Shown here in pieces: positions 26,873-36,040 of a stretch of DNA of 64,000 nucleotides. Made by a program: the position numbers and the translations under genes. Under the pieces are notes generated by a model. The model did not search any database, was not told the origin of the DNA, and was given only the letters and a program-made list of their open reading frames with translations. Within the stretch, counting starts at the first letter, position 1. Each line of letters begins with the position of its first letter. Source of the stretch: a phage; the sequence record PV808484.1; one strand, given 5' to 3'.

Positions 26873-27241
26873 ATGTGTGTTCCTCTTAGCAGTCCTCTGC
26901 TGTTAGAATTTTACAAAGCATGGATGGAAGATCATTCCTCAATGCATCGTGAGAATGTTGGTTTGTGTAATTGCCTTATGGATTACCTGGCAACCACTAT
27001 GTCAAAGAAAAAGCCTACGGAAGAAGATATAGAATATTTCAAGATGGTTCGTAGCAAAACGCTGAAAGAGATGAAACTGCAATTCACGTGTGCTGGGCTA
27101 TCCTCCTTCCTACCCTTTAATTATGATCTTCTATGTTATGAAGATGAAGGTAAGACACATTCTTGCCATACCAACCCAAAGAGATTGCAGTGGGTGAAAG
27201 ATCGTATTGCCGATTCATGTTTGGTGTTAGGGGGGTGGTAA
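26873..27241 (+). CDS. paralog family A protein
   Basis: start at ATG (MCVPLSS) after AAGGAG SD; shared motifs FYKAW, GLC.CL.DY, FTCAGL, LPFN, CHTN..RLQWVKDRI. Confidence 0.55.
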   Translation: MCVPLSSPLLLEFYKAWMEDHSSMHRENVGLCNCLMDYLATTMSKKKPTEEDIEYFKMVRSKTLKEMKLQFTCAGLSSFLPFNYDLLCYEDEGKTHSCHTNPKRLQWVKDRIADSCLVLGGW

Positions 27242-27609
27242 TGAAAAGTAATATTCCGTTGAGTAGTGCAGCTTTAATACGATTCTATAAAGCATGGATT
27301 GCCAACCATCCGGCAATGAATCGCACAACGAGTGGCTTGTGTGGTTGTCTGGTAGATTATGTAGATGATTTTGTTGGCGAGGTAACTAGAGAAGAAGATA
27401 AAAGATGGCGTGATCGTTTGTTGGATAGTTTGAAATACGAAATGAGGAAACAATTTACATGTGCAGGACTGGACTACAATCTTCCGTTCAATGTAGATTG
27501 CATGGATTACCTTTCAGAGTGTATAGACTTGGCGTGTCATACCAACACGTTACGTCTTCAATGGGTGAAAGACAGAATCGAAGATGCAAATAATGCTTGC
27601 ATTGAATAG
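27241..27609 (+). CDS. paralog family A protein
   Basis: tandem duplicate of previous gene; same motif set; ATG overlaps upstream stop. Confidence 0.6.
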   Translation: MKSNIPLSSAALIRFYKAWIANHPAMNRTTSGLCGCLVDYVDDFVGEVTREEDKRWRDRLLDSLKYEMRKQFTCAGLDYNLPFNVDCMDYLSECIDLACHTNTLRLQWVKDRIEDANNACIE

Positions 27610-27680
27610 AAATGTCTGTACACTGTGTTCCATAAGATATGCAATATCGCGCATAACAAAACTACTAATGAGAGGTGTAA

Positions 27681-28139
27681 ATGAAAACTGTATCTTTGTA
27701 TCTTGCTAACACGGAGCGTGTACATAATCTCGTAAAAGAATGCGGTGTGAGTGTTCAATTTAATACAGGAAAGCCTTCCGTGGTGACAGGCAGTGAGATG
27801 TGTGTTATTGATTTCCTCAATGAATATTTTCGTGGAAAACCTATTGCTCGTCACTTCATTCAAGAAATGCGAGATGTTCTACAGGATTATGAATTCTACC
27901 CAGAAGTTTGTGAACGCTATGAAACGATTCTTAGTTCTGTAGAAGATCCAGATACTAGTGAAACAGGTGCTTCCCACTTACTGTGGATGTTGAATGAAAT
28001 TCAGGATGGGTGTAATGGTATGTCTGAAACCAAACGCCATCGTTGGCTAGGCTATATTCAGGGTGTTATGGTTATGAAAAACCTTATTACAGTGAACGAT
28101 GAACGTAACGCTACACGCCCCGTCTTTAATGGAGCATAA
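27681..28139 (+). CDS. hypothetical protein
   Basis: 152 aa ORF; GAGAGG SD. Confidence 0.55.
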   Translation: MKTVSLYLANTERVHNLVKECGVSVQFNTGKPSVVTGSEMCVIDFLNEYFRGKPIARHFIQEMRDVLQDYEFYPEVCERYETILSSVEDPDTSETGASHLLWMLNEIQDGCNGMSETKRHRWLGYIQGVMVMKNLITVNDERNATRPVFNGA

Positions 28140-28140
28140 C

Positions 28141-28356
28141 ATGAAAAGCATTAAGGTGTGTATTGAAAATAATTGTGGCTATCTGGGGTTGACACACGTT
28201 GCTTTCCCTCTTATATTGGATGCCGATATAGCTTACAGCGGAGTTGCTTATGTGTCATTCAAGACAATGAGCCAAGTACCTGGCTGGAATTGGGAAGTAG
28301 TTGATGTTGTTGAAGGAGAAGACTATGTTTTCCTTCCACACGAATATACTGTTTAA
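28141..28356 (+). CDS. hypothetical protein
   Basis: start at ATG (MKSIKV) 1 nt after upstream stop. Confidence 0.5.
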   Translation: MKSIKVCIENNCGYLGLTHVAFPLILDADIAYSGVAYVSFKTMSQVPGWNWEVVDVVEGEDYVFLPHEYTV

Positions 28357-28371
28357 AGAGAGGAAAAGAAG

Positions 28372-28548
28372 ATGGATAAACAAACTACTGTGTACTTAGT
28401 AACAAAGAATACCCCAGGCTGGAGCCAATGCAGCACTGTCCCTTACAAGATTTGTGCAACATTAGAACTAGCACAACGCGCAGAAGCAGAAGTGGATGCC
28501 ATGCAATACAGCTATGGTGAGATCATTCCTTTTACTCTTGAACAATAA
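28372..28548 (+). CDS. small protein (58 aa)
   Basis: MDKQTTVYLVTKNTPGW...; AGAGAGGAAAAG SD. Confidence 0.4.
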   Translation: MDKQTTVYLVTKNTPGWSQCSTVPYKICATLELAQRAEAEVDAMQYSYGEIIPFTLEQ

Positions 28549-28559
28549 GGAGTTGTGTA

Positions 28560-29012
28560 ATGTTTGAAATTGGTAAAGTGTATCGTTTTAAGAACGCATC
28601 TTATATCCGTAAGTTTGCTAATGTGTCTGAGTGCAATAGCAGGATTGCTTCTTTCTTAGGTGATTCCTGTTTTCGTGTATTAGATGTGGATGCCTGGTAT
28701 GGTGTCACTTCTTTGCAATCCTTAGCAGGAGAGCAAGAAATTATCACTCAAAATGAAGGAGACTTTGTTCTGTGTTACACATTGCTTGCAGAAAGTGAGT
28801 TTGAGTATTTTGTAGAAGTATTAGAAGAAGCACCAAAAAGTAAACACGAAGAGAAATACCTGCTTGTAGTGGATGGAGTTCCGATCATGGAAACCACCTC
28901 CCGTGAGGAAGTTGAAAAAGAGGCAAAACGTTACAAGCTGGATCGTACACAGAGTGTAGTTGAAGTCTATTCTCTTGTTGGTGTTGCAGATGTTCATGTG
29001 AACATTGTATAA
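28560..29012 (+). CDS. hypothetical protein
   Basis: 150 aa ORF; AAGGAG SD. Confidence 0.55.
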   Translation: MFEIGKVYRFKNASYIRKFANVSECNSRIASFLGDSCFRVLDVDAWYGVTSLQSLAGEQEIITQNEGDFVLCYTLLAESEFEYFVEVLEEAPKSKHEEKYLLVVDGVPIMETTSREEVEKEAKRYKLDRTQSVVEVYSLVGVADVHVNIV

Positions 29013-29015
29013 TAT

Positions 29016-29228
29016 ATGTGTAATGATAGATACATTCTTCGTGTATCTGATAAGTCTCCTATGTTTGACTGGCGGGGCTGGTGGCTACTAGCTCCGATGC
29101 AAGGTCTGACAGACGTGGAAAAGGAGGCTTATGTGTATACAAAAGAAGAGATAGAAGATAGCCTTTATTTGACAGATAACATTAAGAATGGTATCTTTGA
29201 GTGTAAATTGAAAGGAGAGGAAGAATGA
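29016..29228 (+). CDS. hypothetical protein
   Basis: 70 aa ORF. Confidence 0.45.
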   Translation: MCNDRYILRVSDKSPMFDWRGWWLLAPMQGLTDVEKEAYVYTKEEIEDSLYLTDNIKNGIFECKLKGEEE

Positions 29229-29524
29229 CTATTACAGAAAAACTGCGCTGTATTGCAAAGCAAAGTGGAGAAGGTTTATGGTTTCCTATTGAGGAAATTA
29301 TTCAGGACTGTTATGATCAGGCTAAGACTGGCAAATACTCCAAAGCATTTAAACCGTCTGTTTTCGGTTTGGATGACTATCCAAAAAATGAACAAGCAAA
29401 GAAACGACAAGTTGATTTGATTGATCTGGCTATGGAAGCACTACGAGAGCATGGACTTAGTAAGGTGTATGCTTTAAACACCAAAGAGGGCTTTGTAGAT
29501 TCCGTGATCGTAGACTGGTATTAA
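29225..29524 (+). CDS. hypothetical protein
   Basis: 99 aa ORF; ATGA overlap. Confidence 0.55.
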   Translation: MTITEKLRCIAKQSGEGLWFPIEEIIQDCYDQAKTGKYSKAFKPSVFGLDDYPKNEQAKKRQVDLIDLAMEALREHGLSKVYALNTKEGFVDSVIVDWY

Positions 29525-29533
29525 GGAGAAGTC

Positions 29534-29902
29534 ATGCAAGAGAATAGTAAAGTGTGTAGCATGAAAAGCAGCCCCTATTTGCTACAATTTTATGAGTGGT
29601 GGTTAGAACAAGAAGATACAAACTTTAGCAAAAAACATTATGGTCTTTGCACGTGTCTTGTAGACTTCTTGTACAATATTGCTTTGATAAAAGATGTTGA
29701 GAATGTAGCAAAGCTCCAATCCTCTGTACGAGAGGAAATGAAGGAACAATTTAAGAAAGCGGGTTTGAACCATTTACATCCGTTTAATACGGATTTCTCG
29801 CACTACTTTACGGAAACAGAGCTAGGCATTGCACACCTTAATAAAGAACGTGTACAATGGGTGATTGATCGTATTCGTGATATGGAGGAATACAATGGTT
29901 AA
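29534..29902 (+). CDS. paralog family A protein
   Basis: LLQFYEWW, GLCTCLVDF, FKKAGL, HPFN, AHLNKERVQWVIDRI. Confidence 0.55.
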   Translation: MQENSKVCSMKSSPYLLQFYEWWLEQEDTNFSKKHYGLCTCLVDFLYNIALIKDVENVAKLQSSVREEMKEQFKKAGLNHLHPFNTDFSHYFTETELGIAHLNKERVQWVIDRIRDMEEYNG

Positions 29903-30104
29903 GTTTAAAACTTTCTGTGCAATCACTGTTTGTCTTATTCTTGCATACGTGTTATTCTCTGGTATCGTTCGTTTAGGTGAGTATATGGCAAGAGAAGCTC
30001 GTGAAAGTGCAGCTAAAAAAGAACAGTGTATTGTGTTCAAGCATCAAAGAGATGCTGAAAAGTTTCTTGAACAGGATTGTGGGCGCTATGTGAATTATAA
30101 TTAG
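29895..30104 (+). CDS. paralog family B small membrane-anchored protein
   Basis: N-terminal TM helix; C-terminal KHQRDAEKFLEQDCGRYVNYN matches 34892-35116 (KHNKQAEDFLKNKCYNYIDYE). Confidence 0.5.
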   Translation: MVKFKTFCAITVCLILAYVLFSGIVRLGEYMAREARESAAKKEQCIVFKHQRDAEKFLEQDCGRYVNYN

Positions 30105-30113
30105 GAGGGAAGT

Positions 30114-30362
30114 ATGTTAGATATTTTTACCTTTGATCGTGTTGGTACACCGATTACCGAAGAAGAACGTACCAAAATTGAACAAGAATTGGATGCTTTA
30201 CGTGCGTCTCTTACAGACACAGCCTCACTACAACGTGAAGCTGCACATCTCACAGAGATCACTGGTATTCAGTGGAACACGGAGTGGGTTGTAATTACAA
30301 TTGAAGCGGATATTTGGGGACATGAAGAGACGCTACGTACCGGAGTAGTAACGGTTTGGTGA
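30114..30362 (+). CDS. hypothetical protein
   Basis: 82 aa ORF; GGAGGG SD. Confidence 0.55.
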   Translation: MLDIFTFDRVGTPITEEERTKIEQELDALRASLTDTASLQREAAHLTEITGIQWNTEWVVITIEADIWGHEETLRTGVVTVW

Positions 30363-30408
30363 TAGATGTTATTCTTTTGTGTTTCTTGATATATAAATAG
30401 GAGGGTTT

Positions 30409-30633
30409 ATGGTAAAACGTCTGGAATGGGATGCGTGTACTGCTCACGCTTGTCACTGTGATATTGTTGAAGATCCTAATGGAGAGATGGTGTATTATGA
30501 GGATTACGAAGCATTGCACAATGCTGTGATTGCTTTACTGGATGATATTAGCTCACGCTATCCAGGACAACAATTCACGTGTCCACATATCCAACTATTA
30601 GCCGAACTTACGGAGTATCCAAGTGTTCCATAA
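30409..30633 (+). CDS. paralog family C protein
   Basis: CHCDIVEDPNGEMVYYEDYEAL matches 35768-36040 (CDIVPDPEGDYVLLADYNKL). Confidence 0.5.
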   Translation: MVKRLEWDACTAHACHCDIVEDPNGEMVYYEDYEALHNAVIALLDDISSRYPGQQFTCPHIQLLAELTEYPSVP

Positions 30634-30634
30634 T

Positions 30635-30802
30635 ATGGGTGTCCCTGAACAACTGCTCTTTATTGTAGGATTAGTAGGCTTATTGGCGGCTGGCGCTAAA
30701 GCCGCTTCTCACACGCATCACATAATGTTAAGATTTCTGTTCCTACTCCCTTCTATCCTTGTATTATTAGTCATATTGATTGATAACATTTTTCACAATT
30801 AA
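30635..30802 (+). CDS. small membrane protein (55 aa)
   Basis: MGVPEQLLFIVGLVGLLAAGAKAASHTHHIMLRFLFLLPSILVLLVILIDNIFHN. Confidence 0.35.
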   Translation: MGVPEQLLFIVGLVGLLAAGAKAASHTHHIMLRFLFLLPSILVLLVILIDNIFHN

Positions 30803-30811
30803 GGAGAGGTT

Positions 30812-31396
30812 ATGAGTAAAATTATACCAAGCAGTTATGAATTATTGCAGTTTTATGTATATTACTTAGACTGGGTTAATAGATCGAATGTTAAAGACAA
30901 TGCGATGTTTAGTAAAAACATCTGTTTAACAGAAAGTATCTTCCGTTATTGGCACACAGGCAGAAAGTGTACACACAGTGAAGCTATGCGCATTGTAGGT
31001 GAATACCTGGAGCAATTGCAAAAAGCAGAACTTCCTGTCCTTCACCCATTCAACGAATCTAAAGAAGAATTAGAACAAGAGTGTAGAGAAGGTAAGTGCC
31101 ATTTAAATGAAAAACGTATCGAATGGGTGAGGCAACGTTTAGCCGATGCAGGGAATCCTCCTAGTGACTCTGACTATACGTGGTATGATGTAGAGGGTTT
31201 AGTTCAAGGTTTTGAGGCTTGTGCTATAGGTAATACCAACTTTGCCAAAGTTTTATGCGAGGTTTATGATCTGGCAGATAAAATCCGAAATCACGGATGG
31301 AAACAAGAGCATAAAGAATCATATGAACGCCTTGACAAGATTTTCAAACAGATCTATTCTAACCACAAAGAGATGTTCCAAATGGAGGATGTGTAA
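30812..31396 (+). CDS. paralog family A protein (extended C-terminus)
   Basis: LLQFYVYYL, HPFN, CHLNEKRIEWVRQRL; AAGGAGAGG SD. Confidence 0.55.
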   Translation: MSKIIPSSYELLQFYVYYLDWVNRSNVKDNAMFSKNICLTESIFRYWHTGRKCTHSEAMRIVGEYLEQLQKAELPVLHPFNESKEELEQECREGKCHLNEKRIEWVRQRLADAGNPPSDSDYTWYDVEGLVQGFEACAIGNTNFAKVLCEVYDLADKIRNHGWKQEHKESYERLDKIFKQIYSNHKEMFQMEDV

Positions 31397-32082
31397 TGAA
31401 AGAGATTATGTTTGAAGGGCATCGTTACGAAGTTCCAGACAATGCAAATTTCATGGCTCGTGATATCACTGGAGATGTGTTCTGGTTTGAAGATGAACCT
31501 GTGTTTTCTTCGAACAAACACTGGTTTTCACAACAATCTTCTTCGGAAAATATGACTTTTGGCTACGTAGAGCCTAAAGTGCGCTGCAAAGCAGCTTCTT
31601 CTTTGGTAAAAATTTCCCAAGATGATCAAGAAAATACTCCAGATGTTGTTAGTGCACTACTGAAGTACATTGCAGAACTTGAGAAGAAAATTAAAGAAGC
31701 AGAAACTAAGGTGAAAGCACGATCAGCCATCATTGAAGCTATGTCTGAACGTATCTTAGAGCTAGAAGATTTGTGTGGAGAGGCTTATCAAGTGGTTGGT
31801 GCGCTGGCTTGTGAAGCACAAATGTTTGAAACTTCAGAACAAGTTTCACATATGTTAGATAATTTGAGTGAATGTAAAATGATTCATGATGATGTATTGC
31901 CATTTTGTTGCAATGTTAACAAAACAGAGCAAACACAAGATTCAGAAACAGTTTATGTTCCGCTAATGTGTGTTCCAGATCATCTAAAAGGTGTATTCTC
32001 TTGTAAATGGTCGCTGTTGAGCGTTACTAATTGTGGTGAAAACTATTCTGCCAACATTGAATTGCTAAAACACGTTAAATAA
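31396..32082 (+). CDS. hypothetical protein
   Basis: 228 aa; central coiled-coil-like segment. Confidence 0.55.
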   Translation: MKEIMFEGHRYEVPDNANFMARDITGDVFWFEDEPVFSSNKHWFSQQSSSENMTFGYVEPKVRCKAASSLVKISQDDQENTPDVVSALLKYIAELEKKIKEAETKVKARSAIIEAMSERILELEDLCGEAYQVVGALACEAQMFETSEQVSHMLDNLSECKMIHDDVLPFCCNVNKTEQTQDSETVYVPLMCVPDHLKGVFSCKWSLLSVTNCGENYSANIELLKHVK

Positions 32083-32092
32083 GGAGAGTAAT

Positions 32093-32497
32093 ATGTGGTC
32101 TGTTAAAATCAAATATAATGCGCAGTATTATGGTGGAAAGCCTTACGAAGTTGTTATTTGTGACTGTATCTCTAAAGAAGTTGCACAGCTTTGTGGTGCT
32201 GGTGTTAGTGAAGCTATGAACAAAATGCATAACTCGACTGTGCGTTACCTGGATCAAGATATTCCAGAAGATGTAAATGACTATGCTTACGAAGTTATTT
32301 ACAGTGAAGGTAAGAAGCTCTCTATTGAAGATGCACTTAAAGCACTACCTGCTATGTGCAGCCCAACACCAGAAGCAGTTAAAGAGATTTTACCAGAATC
32401 CAACCCCGATGAATATGCCTCTATGGTTGCTTCAGATATGTGGAATCTCTGTCGAGAAACTATGATTAAAAATCTTGTGGAAATGGCGCATGAGTAA
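32093..32497 (+). CDS. hypothetical protein
   Basis: 134 aa ORF; AAGGAGAG SD. Confidence 0.55.
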   Translation: MWSVKIKYNAQYYGGKPYEVVICDCISKEVAQLCGAGVSEAMNKMHNSTVRYLDQDIPEDVNDYAYEVIYSEGKKLSIEDALKALPAMCSPTPEAVKEILPESNPDEYASMVASDMWNLCRETMIKNLVEMAHE

Positions 32498-32708
32498 AAC
32501 ACACTTTATACATCCGTTTGATCCAAAGAACAAGGCGGTTATACACCGCCGTTGGACTGAAACGCGCATTACAAAATGTCCTGTGCCAGCAGCACAGGAA
32601 TATAACAAAACATATAAAGCAGAATTTGTGGAGTACACCTTTGTAAATAACAAAGGGAAGGAGGTTTATGTTCCAGAATACTGCCTTTGGATAAAATGGG
32701 AGGAATAA
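32490..32708 (+). CDS. hypothetical protein
   Basis: start at ATG (MSKTHF) overlapping upstream gene end. Confidence 0.5.
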   Translation: MSKTHFIHPFDPKNKAVIHRRWTETRITKCPVPAAQEYNKTYKAEFVEYTFVNNKGKEVYVPEYCLWIKWEE

Positions 32709-32875
32709 TGCAAACATTTTTTATCGACAAGTTCAATAAAAGTATGAACACGTGGATGGCAACATTCACTATGCAATTTGCGTCATTTAAAGAAGCTCAA
32801 GAATGGTGCGATCAACACAAGGATTTTGATTTTTACTATCAAATTAATACAAATCTTTCTCCAGAGGATAAATAA
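32708..32875 (+). CDS. small protein (55 aa)
   Basis: start at ATG (MQTFFIDK) after GGGAGG SD. Confidence 0.45.
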   Translation: MQTFFIDKFNKSMNTWMATFTMQFASFKEAQEWCDQHKDFDFYYQINTNLSPEDK

Positions 32876-32876
32876 T

Positions 32877-33221
32877 ATGTTGGCTGATATTGAAATCCTT
32901 ATGTACCGCCAAGGTATGATCAAAATGTGGCTGGATTCTTTTAGCAACATATACTGCACAGTGCGATCAGCAGAGGAGCGTAAAACGCTTATTTTATCTG
33001 CTATTGTTGATAAACAACGTTTCTTCAAAGAAGTTTTGCAAACAGGCTTCTCCGATGCAGGAGTAGAGATTGCAACTCTTAGTCTTGGGGTGCTGTCTTA
33101 CTTGGAGTCCGTTGTTTTATATGTCTTCTCTTTAGAAGAACACTTGCAATTTGAAGCATTAAAACTTATCTTAGATGCTGCAATTGACATAGAACAAAAT
33201 CGAATTGATTCTTTTGAATAA
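32877..33221 (+). CDS. hypothetical protein
   Basis: start at internal ATG (MLADIEIL). Confidence 0.5.
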   Translation: MLADIEILMYRQGMIKMWLDSFSNIYCTVRSAEERKTLILSAIVDKQRFFKEVLQTGFSDAGVEIATLSLGVLSYLESVVLYVFSLEEHLQFEALKLILDAAIDIEQNRIDSFE

Positions 33222-33236
33222 AATAAGGAGAAAACT

Positions 33237-33695
33237 ATGCAAGAGGTTAAACATTATCCACATGGTCGTAGTTTTGTAGCTGTATGGCATGTTCCTGCTC
33301 GTAATGAACTGTTTTGTGCATCTTTTCATTACAAAGATGGACAATATTTCACCTATGATGAGACGATGGATGATTTTATCCCAGAGTGCGATCATGGGTA
33401 TACACCAATGTTCTTTAAACGTATGAAAGCTCGTTTCTTCGTTACAGATGTTGATGGTGAACCTACTTGGCACATCGAAGAAGATTGGCAAGATTCTGTG
33501 GATATTAAAGAAGCCCCAGAATGGGCTACACTACTGGTACACGTGAAAACCCCTACCCTTGACATTATGGCGTGGGTTAATCATGATGATACCCATTACC
33601 AATACATAAACAGTAGCACAGAGATTTCTGGTGAGATTATTGGTCGTTGGAAGCCTACGAATCAGGTTGCTATTGTCGGATATAAGACAGTATAA
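33237..33695 (+). CDS. hypothetical protein
   Basis: 152 aa ORF; AAGGAGAAAA SD. Confidence 0.55.
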   Translation: MQEVKHYPHGRSFVAVWHVPARNELFCASFHYKDGQYFTYDETMDDFIPECDHGYTPMFFKRMKARFFVTDVDGEPTWHIEEDWQDSVDIKEAPEWATLLVHVKTPTLDIMAWVNHDDTHYQYINSSTEISGEIIGRWKPTNQVAIVGYKTV

Positions 33696-33696
33696 T

Positions 33697-33891
33697 ATGA
33701 AAAGTAGCGTAGATTGGGATGATTTATCCGCTTTTGAAAAATGGTTCTTAGGTAGTGGTTGTTATGCAGATGGGGATCTCGAAAGAGATCCTTCTGGAAA
33801 CTACATTATGCCATTAACCCAAGGTTTTTATGAGTGCTGGTGCGCAGCACAAAACAACGTACTGAATAAGGAGACAACACAATGCAATTAA
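33697..33891 (+). CDS. hypothetical protein
   Basis: start at internal ATG (MKSSVDWDD). Confidence 0.5.
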   Translation: MKSSVDWDDLSAFEKWFLGSGCYADGDLERDPSGNYIMPLTQGFYECWCAAQNNVLNKETTQCN

Positions 33892-34121
33892 ACATCGGAC
33901 AACCCATTTTTGATGCAGATACTGGTCAATATGCAGTGATTGTTGCTCGTATGAGCGGTGATGACTTTATTGTTTCAGAACTACTCGGATCAGATCCGCA
34001 ACTGCGAGTAGTATGTGACCTATATCTTCGAGACGAAAGTGATCGCATTGCACTGAAAGAAGATGGTATGCTTTACTACACCTGGACTAGAGATCCTGGT
34101 GTAAAGGAGGTAGAGGTATAA
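33882..34121 (+). CDS. hypothetical protein
   Basis: 79 aa ORF. Confidence 0.5.
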   Translation: MQLNIGQPIFDADTGQYAVIVARMSGDDFIVSELLGSDPQLRVVCDLYLRDESDRIALKEDGMLYYTWTRDPGVKEVEV

Positions 34122-34420
34122 TGGTAAGGAATAGGGGTTTACATAAAAGAAGACACCTTACTTACTGGCATCGCAAAGTACATGAACCTGTATCAAAGAA
34201 AGAATGGCAATACCTTCCTTATGGAAAGGAGCGAAGGAAGTATTTGTTAGCTCATTTAAGGGTACATGGTTCGCTTCCTGTTAACAGTAAGTGGCAATTG
34301 CAAACAGCTTATGACGAAGATATGAAATATCTGTTAAAGAGAGGCATTATTTGCCTTGTTAAGATAGGACGATGGAAATCTCGTCAATCTTATATCGTAC
34401 TTAAACAGGAGAAACCATGA
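34121..34420 (+). CDS. hypothetical basic protein
   Basis: 99 aa, K/R-rich; AGGAGG SD. Confidence 0.55.
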   Translation: MVRNRGLHKRRHLTYWHRKVHEPVSKKEWQYLPYGKERRKYLLAHLRVHGSLPVNSKWQLQTAYDEDMKYLLKRGIICLVKIGRWKSRQSYIVLKQEKP

Positions 34421-34668
34421 ATATCAAAGATGTTGTAGCATATGTAGAAGATGAAGTTAAAAACCATACAAGTTTACTGAAAGTAATGGTTGTGGTTAAA
34501 AATGGCATTGGACAAGTAAACGTACAACATGTCTTATCTGATACTGTATATAATGTGTTTGAATGTAAAGACACACCTCATGGAGTACGTGTGGTGTATA
34601 TTGATAACAATTTCAAAGAGTGTGTGAGACATACCTTAGAAAATGAGCTAAGGATCACAATCTTATGA
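34417..34668 (+). CDS. hypothetical protein
   Basis: 83 aa ORF. Confidence 0.55.
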   Translation: MNIKDVVAYVEDEVKNHTSLLKVMVVVKNGIGQVNVQHVLSDTVYNVFECKDTPHGVRVVYIDNNFKECVRHTLENELRITIL

Positions 34669-34838
34669 GTTATTATGTTGTACCCTATGCCAATAAGTGG
34701 AGAGTAAGAGAAACTTGTTTTCTATTCTCCTGGTGGGCTACGTTCGGAGATGGTTGTGGAAATGATACAGGGAAGCCTGTAGAGTATGACACAAAAGAAG
34801 AATGTGAACAGTGGATAAAATTAACACAAAGATGTTGA
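34665..34838 (+). CDS. small Cys/Trp-rich protein (57 aa)
   Basis: MSYYVVPYANKWRVRETCFLFSWWATFGDGCGNDTGKPVEYDTKEECEQWIKLTQRC; ATGA overlap. Confidence 0.4.
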   Translation: MSYYVVPYANKWRVRETCFLFSWWATFGDGCGNDTGKPVEYDTKEECEQWIKLTQRC

Positions 34839-34863
34839 CACGATCTTAACTTCTTGTTAGTAT
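34835..34863 (+). promoter_or_regulatory. sigma70-like promoter
   Basis: TTGACA-17-TAGTAT upstream of 34892. Confidence 0.4.
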
Positions 34864-34891
34864 CAATATGTACTAACGATAAGGAGGGTTT

Positions 34892-35116
34892 ATGAAGTCT
34901 GTAAACAAGTTGCAACAATTTTTGTTATCAACAGCAATCTTTTTGCTTTTGTTAATTGGTATTCTGTATGGTGCATCTAACTTATACAATCTACACAACA
35001 ATGTAGAACATAATATAGAGAAGTGCACCATCCTAAAACACAATAAACAAGCAGAAGATTTCTTAAAGAACAAGTGTTACAACTACATTGATTATGAGGA
35101 GACAAACAATGATTAA
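34892..35116 (+). CDS. paralog family B small membrane-anchored protein
   Basis: N-terminal TM helix; AAGGAGGG SD. Confidence 0.5.
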   Translation: MKSVNKLQQFLLSTAIFLLLLIGILYGASNLYNLHNNVEHNIEKCTILKHNKQAEDFLKNKCYNYIDYEETNND

Positions 35117-35351
35117 AGAATTAGGTATGCGAGTATACAGTGAGTGGACTCCAAGCAATGGCCCAGGAGTTGTTGCAGCTAAATGTATCAATGGTCGTAT
35201 TGAGTACCTAGAAGGGTATGAAGATAATGAAGAGTTAGTAGATTATGCTAAATCTTTTATTGAAGATGATACAGACTTTATTGTATTATATGATACAGGA
35301 GAGTTAGAGTATGGATATGATGGAGATGGGGATATCTTTGAACTTCAATAA
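35109..35351 (+). CDS. hypothetical protein
   Basis: start at ATG (MIKELGM) overlapping upstream end. Confidence 0.5.
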   Translation: MIKELGMRVYSEWTPSNGPGVVAAKCINGRIEYLEGYEDNEELVDYAKSFIEDDTDFIVLYDTGELEYGYDGDGDIFELQ

Positions 35352-35444
35352 GAGTAGTAAGTAAGGTATAAAGAGTATATAGTTAGTTATAGAGTTAGTA
35401 ACATTACATATACTCTTCCCATGTATAACATGGAATATTCTCTA

Positions 35445-35504
35445 CCTCGCTATCGCTCGGTATATAAGATTAGGGTAGCATGTTTTTTACGAAAAGTAAA
35501 ACTG
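35445..35504. repeat. conserved noncoding element, copy 2
   Basis: CCTCGCTATCGCTCGG...TTAGGGTAGCATGTTTTTT...GAAAAGT; matches 6818-6878. Confidence 0.5.
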
Positions 35505-35558
35505 TTTATACCGATTGATAGCAGGTTTTTAATAGATTCTATCTATGAGGAGTAGAAA

Positions 35559-35777
35559 GTGTACAAATTATATAAAGGAAAAGATAAGTTTACGGGTAAT
35601 ACATCTGGTTTCTATGTAACACCACGTGGCGTTGCTGTATTTGATTGGATTCCTGGTACTCCAGATCGTGAAATGATCTCTCTTGTAAAACTGTCGGAAC
35701 AAGAGTACACTTACGGTGACATTACAACATTCTATTCTCGTGCAGAAAATCCAAAACTGATCGCGGAGTGGGAATAA
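35559..35777 (+). CDS. hypothetical protein (GTG start)
   Basis: 72 aa; GAGGAG SD upstream of GTG. Confidence 0.45.
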   Translation: MYKLYKGKDKFTGNTSGFYVTPRGVAVFDWIPGTPDREMISLVKLSEQEYTYGDITTFYSRAENPKLIAEWE

Positions 35778-36040
35778 TGGTTACACGATATGATTTAGAG
35801 GTGTACAGCCAAGGTGCTGCTGGTCAATGTGATATTGTACCAGATCCAGAAGGAGACTATGTTCTTCTTGCTGATTACAACAAGCTAGAAGAAAGACTTC
35901 TGGCTGTGTATGCTAAAGAGAACAAAACAATCTGTCCTTATTGCAATGGAATGGGTTGGGTGGTTGCAGATGTTGGACAAATGTATGAATGTGTACCTTG
36001 TAAAACCACAGGCTTTATTGAAAAGGATACTGACAAATGA
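35768..36040 (+). CDS. paralog family C protein
   Basis: 90 aa; CPYCNG and CVPCKTTG zinc-ribbon-like C-terminus. Confidence 0.5.
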   Translation: MGIMVTRYDLEVYSQGAAGQCDIVPDPEGDYVLLADYNKLEERLLAVYAKENKTICPYCNGMGWVVADVGQMYECVPCKTTGFIEKDTDK

